Positions 48,975 to 57,542 of a stretch of 64,000 bases of DNA are shown here, one piece after another. The notes beneath the pieces were generated by a model. That model had not been told where the DNA came from, did no database searches, and saw only the letters and a list, made by a program, of their open reading frames with translations. This DNA is from a virus. The DNA lies in the IMG/VR virus record IMGVR_UViG_3300033145_001156, positions 41,623-105,622 of that record. One strand, given 5' to 3'. Position 1 is the first letter of the stretch. Each line of letters starts with the position of its first letter. Made by a program: the position numbers and the translations under genes.

Positions 48975-49184
48975 ATGAAGTACCCTGTTGGAGTAACATA
49001 CCAAGAAGCGGAGACGAAGGGTAGGATGGGCGGGGAGAAGGCGCAGGGGCCGGGAGGGTTCTGCGTGTGCCCCGAATGCGGGGAGGAGATCCCCCACGAG
49101 ACGGGGAAGCCATGCTTCGGCGAGGAGTGCCCGGAGTGCGGAGCCAAGATGACGGCCAAGGGCGGAAAAGAGGAAGCTAAATAG
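48975..49184 (+). CDS. small Cys-rich metal-binding protein with YPVGVTYQE leader
   Basis: GPGGFCVCPECG...H..G.PC....CPECGAKM; AGGAGG RBS. Confidence 0.7.
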   Translation: MKYPVGVTYQEAETKGRMGGEKAQGPGGFCVCPECGEEIPHETGKPCFGEECPECGAKMTAKGGKEEAK

Positions 49185-49609
49185 TGATCTCCGTCGTGCA
49201 GGTCCTCCGCACTTGGCTGCTCCTACAGCCTCTCATCATACCGCAGGTCGGGATGAAGATATGGGGGATGCCGGGGATACCCTCTGGTGAAGTTAACAAC
49301 ATGCCGCAGAAGGCTATCACGATGTATCAGAACCCTGGGACGGGCAGGTGGGGGGTCCCACTCTACAACGCATCCATCCAGTTCAGATGCTACGGGGCGA
49401 CGTCGTGGGAGGCAGAGGAGGTCTGGGGGGCGCTGTACGACACACTCCACAGGGTGAACTGCATCAACGTCACCATCGGGGCTGATGACTATACCATATA
49501 CGTCTCGCAGTTGGGGAGCGGGCCGACTGAGCAGCAAGAGCCGCTGACTGACTGGCCGTTCCAGCTCGCATCATTTTCATTTATAGCCTGCGAGAGCACG
49601 ATGCCTTGA
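49184..49609 (+). CDS. tail terminator / tail completion protein
   Basis: IQFRCYG.T..EAE.V...L...L; position. Confidence 0.7.
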   Translation: MISVVQVLRTWLLLQPLIIPQVGMKIWGMPGIPSGEVNNMPQKAITMYQNPGTGRWGVPLYNASIQFRCYGATSWEAEEVWGALYDTLHRVNCINVTIGADDYTIYVSQLGSGPTEQQEPLTDWPFQLASFSFIACESTMP

Positions 49610-49653
49610 TATTATCATACCTATAAGTGTAGACAATTCAAGAGGAGGGATAT

Positions 49654-50145
49654 ATGTTCGAGCAGTTAGTAATGGGAGTTAGCAAGCACCACGGGGCGTT
49701 CGTCGCGAGGATCAAAGGGCAGAAGCTACTCCAGGTCGGCACGGCGTCCAGGGGCGCGTTCGCTGAGTGGTTCCGGCGGCGAGGCAGGGAGGTCGAGGTC
49801 GATGGGGAGGGTGAGTACGACGCAGCGTACTCGCAGGGATTACTAGATGGGATGAACGAGGAGGACGTCGCGAAGCTGGTCAAGAAAGTCTTGGGACAAG
49901 CACCGGTGTTCGTGTCCTCGGTTCCTTCTCCCAAGTGGCGGCACACGAACGTGAGGCGCATGGCGGCGGACTACGAGCGAATCCTGAGCAAGTTCAAGAT
50001 CGAGGCGTTCGCGTACTGGGGTGGCAGGATGCTATGCGTCGTGGCGAAGAAAAAGAAGAGGCGGGTCGCCAAGGCAGAAGTTGTCAAGACGGAACCAGTC
50101 AGGACAGAAGAGAAGCATGACTTCTCGGAATGGAGGAGTGGATGA
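49654..50145 (+). CDS. degenerate methyltransferase-like protein
   Basis: LLQVGTA, YDAAYSQGLL, SVPS; GAGGAGG RBS. Confidence 0.5.
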   Translation: MFEQLVMGVSKHHGAFVARIKGQKLLQVGTASRGAFAEWFRRRGREVEVDGEGEYDAAYSQGLLDGMNEEDVAKLVKKVLGQAPVFVSSVPSPKWRHTNVRRMAADYERILSKFKIEAFAYWGGRMLCVVAKKKKRRVAKAEVVKTEPVRTEEKHDFSEWRSG

Positions 50146-51083
50146 TACTCCAGGTAGGCATGACGTCGTTCTCGCCGCAGCATGGCTACGGGAGGATAGA
50201 GGAACCCATGGTTGACGCGCTAGCGGCGGCTGGCGCGACCATCCTGAAAGACCATGAATTCGGCTGGAATTATAGACTTTTATGGGGTTATCCCCATGCA
50301 TATATTATTTCTAAGAGCGGTTACGGTGATGACATCATACTTCATACCATGTTCGAGTTCCCGACCTTGCCCAAGCATTGGCCCGGTTTGTACAACCGGT
50401 ACCGCTTGCTGTGGTTGCCGACGACTTGGTGCGAGGAGGTCTACAGGGACAACGGTGTGACAGCCGACATCATGGTGAGCGGCTACGGGATAGACGAGGA
50501 AGACTTCCCGGAGCTGACAAGGGAGCGGGAGGCGCACGACCACCCGTTCACGTTCCTGGCGGTGGGGCACCAGTTCACCGACAGGAAGGGTTCGCACCTG
50601 GCGCTGGAGGCATTCATGAAGTTGGGGCTGAAGGACGCCAGGCTGCTGCTCAAGATCCGGGACCCGATGGTCAAGAGCATCTCCGGGGATTTCAAGGGAG
50701 AGGTCGTGGTCGTCGGCGGGTTCCTGGGCAACAACGACTACTGGAACCTGCTCGCCATGAGTGATGTGCTCGTCTACCCCCACTGGGGGGAGGGGTTCGG
50801 GCTGATCCCCTTGGAGTACGGTCGGACGGGACTACCAGGGATCGTCACCGACTACTCAGGGCCGAGGGACTACCTGAACGACGAGTGTTGGCTGAGGTTG
50901 GAGATGAGGAAGGGCAAGCCCGACGTGGAGCAGCTGATGGCGCAGATGCTCTGGTGTTATGAGCACCAGGACGACGTGCGCCGGATGGGGCGGAGCGCCG
51001 CGAAGTACGTGGCCGAGGAATACACGTGGGAGGCTTCCGGGCGCAAGGCGTATCGGAAGCTGAAGGAAAAACTAGGAGGTTAA
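50142..51083 (+). CDS. glycosyltransferase GT4-like
   Basis: GYG, TMFE, FTFLAVG..DRKG, DVLVYPHWGEGFGLIPLE. Confidence 0.88.
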   Translation: MILQVGMTSFSPQHGYGRIEEPMVDALAAAGATILKDHEFGWNYRLLWGYPHAYIISKSGYGDDIILHTMFEFPTLPKHWPGLYNRYRLLWLPTTWCEEVYRDNGVTADIMVSGYGIDEEDFPELTREREAHDHPFTFLAVGHQFTDRKGSHLALEAFMKLGLKDARLLLKIRDPMVKSISGDFKGEVVVVGGFLGNNDYWNLLAMSDVLVYPHWGEGFGLIPLEYGRTGLPGIVTDYSGPRDYLNDECWLRLEMRKGKPDVEQLMAQMLWCYEHQDDVRRMGRSAAKYVAEEYTWEASGRKAYRKLKEKLGG

Positions 51084-51087
51084 AACT

Positions 51088-51636
51088 ATGCCAGGAGGCG
51101 GAATACGTGCCTCAACGCCTGACGAACTCTTTTTCGATCAGGGTTCGATCACGTTCGAGGGCACGGAGATAGGAGCTACGGTTGGGCCTACCACCTGGAG
51201 GATCGTGAAAGAAGACTACATCCCGGACCTCTGCGGAGCGAAGGGGGAGATCAGGGGCACCAAGTACCGGGTGAAGGAGGAGGCGTTCCTGCAGGTCACC
51301 ATGACTGCATGGCTGCTGACCAACCTGAGCTGGGCAGTGTTCGGGATCGATGTGTCTTCGGACGTATCTTCCGAGGTGATGGGTTCGGTCGTCGGGGCGT
51401 CGAGTTCGGAGGTTGGCTGCATCGCCGACGAGTACTACGGGACCGTGCGGTTCAAGGGGACGGACTGCAACGGGTTCGACACCACGATCTACCTGATGAA
51501 CGCGGAGGTCGAGGGAGACCTTGAGGTCGCGTTCCCCGGCGTGAGTGAGGTGCAGTACACCGTGACGTTCAAGGCGACGTATGCTGCGGCGCACCCGACG
51601 GTTCGACCGTGGCAGGTCATACGCGAGATTGCGTGA
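51088..51636 (+). CDS. major tail protein
   Basis: EIGATVG, LQVTM, YTVTFKA; upstream of chaperones and TMP. Confidence 0.75.
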   Translation: MPGGGIRASTPDELFFDQGSITFEGTEIGATVGPTTWRIVKEDYIPDLCGAKGEIRGTKYRVKEEAFLQVTMTAWLLTNLSWAVFGIDVSSDVSSEVMGSVVGASSSEVGCIADEYYGTVRFKGTDCNGFDTTIYLMNAEVEGDLEVAFPGVSEVQYTVTFKATYAAAHPTVRPWQVIREIA

Positions 51637-51637
51637 T

Positions 51638-51672
51638 AAAAAAGAGGGGCTTTCGAATCTCCGAAAGCCCCT
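51638..51672 (-). terminator. hairpin with U-tail on the minus strand
   Basis: AAAAAAG then AGGGGCTTTCG-AATCTC-CGAAAGCCCCT. Confidence 0.55.
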
Positions 51673-51693
51673 ACCATGAAAGGAGACTGAGGA

Positions 51694-52116
51694 GTGACTG
51701 AGGAACTGAAGAAGTTGGCAGAGGAAGGGCTGGACCTGGACGGGCTCGTCCCGGAGGTCACCATCAGGTACAGGGGGGAGGAATACCCGATCAAGTACCT
51801 GACGCCGATAGAGGAGGTGCAGGTCCAGCGGCTGAGCAAGAAGCTGTCCTGGACGATCAAGAAGCGCGAGGCCGTGGACAAGCTGATCGAGGCTCTGTCC
51901 GAGGACGATGACGAGCAGTTCGAAGAGCTCCTGGGCAAGAGTGAGGAGTGGAACGAGAGGATCGCCGACGCCTTCAACGACATCGTCAGCATCTCTATCC
52001 CGGCCATGAAGGAGGGCATGTCGGACATGCCCTCGGTGCAGATGACGGCCATGAGCACGTTCATCCTGAAGGTGATGGGGGCCGGACGGGTCCCTCCTCA
52101 GCCCGAGAACTCGTAG
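51694..52116 (+). CDS. tail assembly chaperone (G-like)
   Basis: Acidic helical ORF between MTP and TMP. Confidence 0.7.
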   Translation: MTEELKKLAEEGLDLDGLVPEVTIRYRGEEYPIKYLTPIEEVQVQRLSKKLSWTIKKREAVDKLIEALSEDDDEQFEELLGKSEEWNERIADAFNDIVSISIPAMKEGMSDMPSVQMTAMSTFILKVMGAGRVPPQPENS

Positions 52117-52403
52117 AGCTGTGCGCCACGCTGATGTGGAACTACGGGTTCTCCGAGAGGGAGTTGGAAAAGATACCTGCGTGGAGGCAGAAGATATACC
52201 TGGAGATGATCCCCCGCCTGGCTGCGGGGGAGGACGCGCGGGCCGTCATGGTCCATCATGATGATCCCAAGCAGTTGCTGAGGCGGTTGCGGACTCGGGC
52301 TGCGGGCGTCTCCAAGAAGCACGAGCTGAAGGCTAGGGACATCGGGAGGCGGTTCATGGACGCATTGAGGATGCACGGCGCTAAGGTGAGGGGGAAGAAG
52401 TAG
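52110..52403 (+). CDS. tail assembly chaperone C-terminal ORF (T-like, -1 frame; start uncertain)
   Basis: Open frame from 51948 overlapping G; YGFS..E...IP pattern; ends at the TMP start. Confidence 0.55.
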   Translation, partial: LVELCATLMWNYGFSERELEKIPAWRQKIYLEMIPRLAAGEDARAVMVHHDDPKQLLRRLRTRAAGVSKKHELKARDIGRRFMDALRMHGAKVRGKK

Positions 52404-55400
52404 TGGCCCAAACGTTCGCGTTCGGCGAGGCCGTCGTGACAATCCGTGGGGACATGCGGGAGCTGGCTGCTGCGCTGGGTCAGTCGCGCGGCCTTGTCGA
52501 CGATTTCAAAGAAGAAGCCAAGAGCACCAGCCAACAGGCTGTATCGTCTTTTCAGGCGATCGATGGCGCGGTCGCCGTGCTCAACGGCGTCCTAGTGGCG
52601 GCGGCCAAGAAAGCCGGACAGTTGGCCGACAGTTGGATGTACGCCGCCGGTCGGCTGGAGACGCTGGAGATATCGCTCCAGAACGTGGGCAAGATGGCTG
52701 GATATTCCGAAGATGAACTATTCAAGTACCGCGACGCCATCAAAGCGGCTGGTATTGAGACGAAGGGGGCCACCCAGGCAACCATCGCGTTCGTCACGTC
52801 CCAGCTGGACGTAAGCAAGGCGGCCAAGGTAGCGCGGGTGGCACAGGACTTGGCCGTCATCGCGGGAACCGATTCCACCCAGATGTTCAACAGACTGACC
52901 CAGGCCATCTCCATGCAGCGCCCGATACTCCTGCGGGCCGCCGGGATAACCACCGGGCTGACCGAGATATACGCGAAGTTCTCTGAGGAGACTGGCATCG
53001 CGGTCAAGGCGATGGACGCGCAGATGAAGAAGACCGCCATGCTCAACTTCATCTTGGAGTACGGCGAGAGGGCGTTCGGGACCTACGAATCTGCGATGGG
53101 TTCCGCGTACAAGCAGATGGGTTCGATGACCCGGTACGCGGAAGAGATGAAGAACGTCTTCGGCGAGCACCTACAGCCGGTCTTCATGGCACAAGTCAGC
53201 GCTCAGAAATTATTCTACAAGACAATGGTGGACCTGCATCCAGTGTTGCAGGGGACCATCGCGCTGACGATGAAGCTGGGATCCGTGGCGGTCGCTGCAG
53301 TGGCTGGAATCAAGGCGCTGTCCCTCGCGATCCCATATTTGACTGGCGGGATGTTGACGCTGACTGGAGCACTGGGAATCTTGGCATCTACGGTACTTCC
53401 CTTAATCCTCGCCATCGGCGCTTTGACCGCCATATACGTCATCTACAAGAAGCGGGGGGAAGAAGTCACCGCGATGGTGGAGCGCCAGGAGGAGCGCATG
53501 GCGAGCCTGGCGAGGGTCTACGCGCGCGGGGCTGAGGACTACGAGGAGTACATCGCCAAGATGACGCGGCTGGCCATCGAGGCGGGGAAGGTCCCGTACC
53601 AGATCAGCTCCAACACCGAGGAGGCCATGAAGTGGGTAAGGCTCAACCTCGCCATGACGGTCACCGAGTTCAACAACCTGCGCGACGGCATAGTGGAGAC
53701 CGCACAAGTCGCACGCGATTTCTCCGAGGGGATGCTGAGCAGCGGGGAGAACATCAAGCTCGCGGCGGAGACCGAGGTGGAGGCCCAGAAGGACGTGGCG
53801 AGGTGGGCAGAGTATGCGACCTCTCAGCGCCTGGCCGGTCTGGCCAAGGAGTGGGACGCGCGGAAGAAGGACCAGGCGCAGGCCAAGAAGTGGGCCAAGG
53901 CGATGTCCGAGGTCTTCGAGAAGGCCCTCGACAGCGCCGCCGAGTACGAGGAGGAGCGCGTCGCGCTGGCGGGCGAGTCCGACCAGGCCATCGTTGAGTT
54001 GGCCGCGCAGTTCGACGAAGAGCGGACGCTGGCCCAGGCCCGGCACCATCAGAACCTGGCCCAGTTGGAGGCCCAGTGGCAGGCCGACCGCACGGCTGCC
54101 GCGGCTGCGGGGGACATGGCGGAGCTGCAGAAGATAGATGCCACGTACCAGCAGGAGTTGGCGAAGCGGCAGGCGAGCTGGGCCAACAGGACGGCGATGG
54201 ACCGGCAGGAGCATGCGCTGGACCTGGCTAGATTAGCGGTGGCGAACGCGCAGAAGGCCCACGCCAACGAGGTCGCCAGGCTGGAGGAGATAACCGCCCT
54301 GAAGAAGCAGATGGCCGAGAAGTTCGCCATCGAGTTCATGGCGAGTGACGACTGGCTGAAGATGAGCCAATCGGCCCGGAAGGTGTTCATGGCCCAGATG
54401 GACGCCAACTTCGGTCTGAGGCTCTCCAAGGAGGCGCTGTACGCCGAGAAGTCGATGGCGATCGCCAACGAGCTGGCGCAAGGGATAATCAGCACTGCCG
54501 AATCCACCGCCCGGCTGGAGCTGGCGCTCGCGGAGGCGACCGACGAGGCGCTGGTGACCCAGAGGGCGAAGGACGCCCAGGCGGCCATAGAAGCGGCCCA
54601 GGCGAACCTGGCCGCGCTGGTGAACACCTACGGCATAGCCGCCACCGTGCTGCCCGACTACACCGCGGCCACCATCGCCGCCGGAGCCGCGACCGGGGGG
54701 ATGGCGGAGCAGACCGAGACCGCCGTCACCGCGCTGGAGAGGGTCGTGTCGTCCCTGAAGGGCGTCGCGACCGAGGCCATGGAGCTGGTGACCGAAGTCA
54801 TCGGGTTCGAGCTGCCCAAGGGGTTCAGAGAGGGGTTCCAGAACATAGCCGACGCGATGGTCGAGGCCGTCCAGGTGGTCTACGACGCCTGGCAGAGGGG
54901 CGAGGGCAAGGCGAGGAAGGCGGGGGAGTTCGCCGACCACGTGAGGAAGATATTCGAGGGCATGCAGGCCGCCGCCGACTTCATGAGGCAGTCCGAGCGG
55001 CCCGCCAAGCTGGTGGCCGAGGCCGTCGCCAGGGTCGCGGAGTTCATAGACCTGAGCGTCGCTGAGATGGGCAAGATGGCCGACAAGTACGAGGAGGAGG
55101 GGCTCCTGCACATGGAGCGGTTCGGGCTGGCCGTGCAGTCCATCGTGGGCGCGATGGGCGCGGCCTTCGGCTTGATGCAGGCGATGCCGAGGGCGAGGAT
55201 GGTGGAGGCTGCCCCCGAGGAGCTGTTCACGTTCATGGACTCCCTAGTCCAGGGGCTGAAGAAGATCGCGCTGCCCGTGGACCTCGGGGACCTGGCGAAA
55301 CTGAGGATGTGGTCCGAGGCGATGGAGGCCATCCTGTCCCCGATACAGACGGCGATAGACGTCGCCACCAAGCTGGCGGGGTACGAGCGCATCTCCGGAT

Positions 55401-57541
55401 TGGGGGCCAAGGTGAGGGCCGTGATGGACGGGGTGGACGAGATACTGGGCGCGATGCTCGGGGCACTGGCACCCTGGGGGACCCACGAGATGTACTCCGT
55501 GGACGCGCTCCGCAGGCTGATAGAGCGGCAGGTCGAGCTCATCAACGTCTGGGCCATGGGGGTCAGCGCGCTGAACAACGCCATCGGGCCAGCCGTGGAC
55601 GTCGTGAAGAAGCTGGCAGATTATGAGACGCCCGAGAACCTGGCGGACAAGGTGGCGCAGGTCATGCTGGACGTCGGGGAGATATTCGACGCGGTCATGG
55701 ACGCGCTGGCACCCTGGGGTACTTCGGAGTACTACCCCGTCGAGGGGTTCGAGACGATCATGGCCCGTGTCGCCCAGATGATGAACGCCTGGAACGAGGC
55801 GCTGGGGCCGCTGTCCTCGGCCATCAGGAACGCCGTGGAGATGGTCAACGCTCTCTCCACGTACACGCGCGTGCAGAACATACGGGAGAAGGTCGCCCGG
55901 CTGGTGTCCGACATCGACATCATCATGCAGGAGTTCAACAGGGCCTTCGAGGAGGGGCTGGGCCTCGCGGAGGAAGCCGCCGAGAACGCGACCGAGTTCG
56001 CCGAGCAGATGGGCGACATAGTCTCCATCGTCACCGACGGGCTGGACGCGATAGCCGCGCTGCAGGACTACACGGCTGCCGGGGCCGGGTTCGAGCTGAG
56101 GGTGCAGGCCTTCCTGGACGACCTCGTGAGGATCGTCAGCGTGTTCGCCGACGAGGAGCACGGGCTGCCAGCATTTCCTGCTCTTCTATTGCCCATCGTC
56201 GAGGACTTCGCCACCGGCTTCAGGGACGTGGCCTCAATAGTCAAGGACGGCCTCGACGTGATAGCCGGGTTGCGGGACTACGTCAAGACCGGCTCGGACT
56301 TCGCCACCAGGACGCAGCACTTCATCGAGGACGCGTGGACGGTGGTTGAGATGTTCCGAGACAACCTGGAGAAGTTCCCCGCCGAGCTCGCAGAGCGGGC
56401 CGAGCTGTTCAGGACGGGCTTCGAGCACATAGCCTCGATCATCTCGATGGGCGTGGACGCCATAAGCGACCTGGTGAACATGCCTGGAGTTCAGAACCTG
56501 GACGACCAGACGGACACATTCCTGTCGGCGCTGTTCGGGTCGGCGAAGCCAGCGGAAGAAGGCGGACTCATGGGAATCCTCCCTAAGTTTGACCTCTACC
56601 TGATCAAGTTTACCGACGTATATCCCGACCTAGCAGACCGAGCGAGGCAGTTCGCCGATGGATTCGTGGTGATAGCGAAGTTGATCGATGACGGCATAGG
56701 TGCCATCACGGCGCTGGTGGAGATGGTTGACACCAGAACCCTGGACGACAGGACGGACGAGTTCCTGTCCGCCCTGATGGGTCCCGCGACGGCGGCGGGG
56801 GCCATCCCCCCGCAGGGGATCATCTCCAAGTTCGACTACTACCTGGCCAACCTGAGCCAGTTGACCCCCGACCTGGTGGAGAGAGCCAGGACGTTCAACA
56901 CCGGGTTCCACGAGATCAACAGGCTGATAGCGATGGGCCTGGACGCGATAGCGATGATCACGTCCATCCCCGACGACCTGAACCTGGGTGACAAGCTCGA
57001 TGCCTTCCTCGACTTCATCAGGGAGCTGAAAGAGGGTTTTGACGAGTTGTGGGGGTTGGGCAAGTCCTACGCCGAAGAATCGTCAGCGTTCGAGAGGGAC
57101 ATGTCGTCCGTGCAGGGCAACATCAACAAGGCAATGAACTCCATCCAGTACCGGGACTACACGCGCGTGGGCAAGCGCATCGTGGAGGATATCGCGCTAG
57201 GCATCAAGATGGCGACCAGCTACGCCCTGGCCCCCGCGCTGAAGACCATCAGCGACATGCTGCCGCACAGCCCGGCAAGGATAGGACCCCTGTCTGAGCC
57301 CGTCGATTGGGAAGGCTACCTCACTTCCGGGCTGGGCGACGCTTTGCGCGAGGTCGGGATGACTCCGGGGATGAGCATGACGGCAGGGCGTCCCGCAGGG
57401 ACGATGGTCAACATGAACGTGCTGGTCGAGAGCGGGGCGTCCATCGACACGTACCGGACGGCAGCCGCGCTGGCGAACGCGATAGAGCAGCAGGCAGGGA
57501 GCAGGGGAATGAACATAACCAGGTTGGGATACAGGAGATAA
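52403..57541 (+). CDS. tail tape measure protein
   Basis: 1712 aa Ala-rich helical; hydrophobic segment; internal repeats; C-terminal LPHSPARIGPL. Confidence 0.92.
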   Translation: MAQTFAFGEAVVTIRGDMRELAAALGQSRGLVDDFKEEAKSTSQQAVSSFQAIDGAVAVLNGVLVAAAKKAGQLADSWMYAAGRLETLEISLQNVGKMAGYSEDELFKYRDAIKAAGIETKGATQATIAFVTSQLDVSKAAKVARVAQDLAVIAGTDSTQMFNRLTQAISMQRPILLRAAGITTGLTEIYAKFSEETGIAVKAMDAQMKKTAMLNFILEYGERAFGTYESAMGSAYKQMGSMTRYAEEMKNVFGEHLQPVFMAQVSAQKLFYKTMVDLHPVLQGTIALTMKLGSVAVAAVAGIKALSLAIPYLTGGMLTLTGALGILASTVLPLILAIGALTAIYVIYKKRGEEVTAMVERQEERMASLARVYARGAEDYEEYIAKMTRLAIEAGKVPYQISSNTEEAMKWVRLNLAMTVTEFNNLRDGIVETAQVARDFSEGMLSSGENIKLAAETEVEAQKDVARWAEYATSQRLAGLAKEWDARKKDQAQAKKWAKAMSEVFEKALDSAAEYEEERVALAGESDQAIVELAAQFDEERTLAQARHHQNLAQLEAQWQADRTAAAAAGDMAELQKIDATYQQELAKRQASWANRTAMDRQEHALDLARLAVANAQKAHANEVARLEEITALKKQMAEKFAIEFMASDDWLKMSQSARKVFMAQMDANFGLRLSKEALYAEKSMAIANELAQGIISTAESTARLELALAEATDEALVTQRAKDAQAAIEAAQANLAALVNTYGIAATVLPDYTAATIAAGAATGGMAEQTETAVTALERVVSSLKGVATEAMELVTEVIGFELPKGFREGFQNIADAMVEAVQVVYDAWQRGEGKARKAGEFADHVRKIFEGMQAAADFMRQSERPAKLVAEAVARVAEFIDLSVAEMGKMADKYEEEGLLHMERFGLAVQSIVGAMGAAFGLMQAMPRARMVEAAPEELFTFMDSLVQGLKKIALPVDLGDLAKLRMWSEAMEAILSPIQTAIDVATKLAGYERISGLGAKVRAVMDGVDEILGAMLGALAPWGTHEMYSVDALRRLIERQVELINVWAMGVSALNNAIGPAVDVVKKLADYETPENLADKVAQVMLDVGEIFDAVMDALAPWGTSEYYPVEGFETIMARVAQMMNAWNEALGPLSSAIRNAVEMVNALSTYTRVQNIREKVARLVSDIDIIMQEFNRAFEEGLGLAEEAAENATEFAEQMGDIVSIVTDGLDAIAALQDYTAAGAGFELRVQAFLDDLVRIVSVFADEEHGLPAFPALLLPIVEDFATGFRDVASIVKDGLDVIAGLRDYVKTGSDFATRTQHFIEDAWTVVEMFRDNLEKFPAELAERAELFRTGFEHIASIISMGVDAISDLVNMPGVQNLDDQTDTFLSALFGSAKPAEEGGLMGILPKFDLYLIKFTDVYPDLADRARQFADGFVVIAKLIDDGIGAITALVEMVDTRTLDDRTDEFLSALMGPATAAGAIPPQGIISKFDYYLANLSQLTPDLVERARTFNTGFHEINRLIAMGLDAIAMITSIPDDLNLGDKLDAFLDFIRELKEGFDELWGLGKSYAEESSAFERDMSSVQGNINKAMNSIQYRDYTRVGKRIVEDIALGIKMATSYALAPALKTISDMLPHSPARIGPLSEPVDWEGYLTSGLGDALREVGMTPGMSMTAGRPAGTMVNMNVLVESGASIDTYRTAAALANAIEQQAGSRGMNITRLGYRR

Positions 57542-57542
57542 A

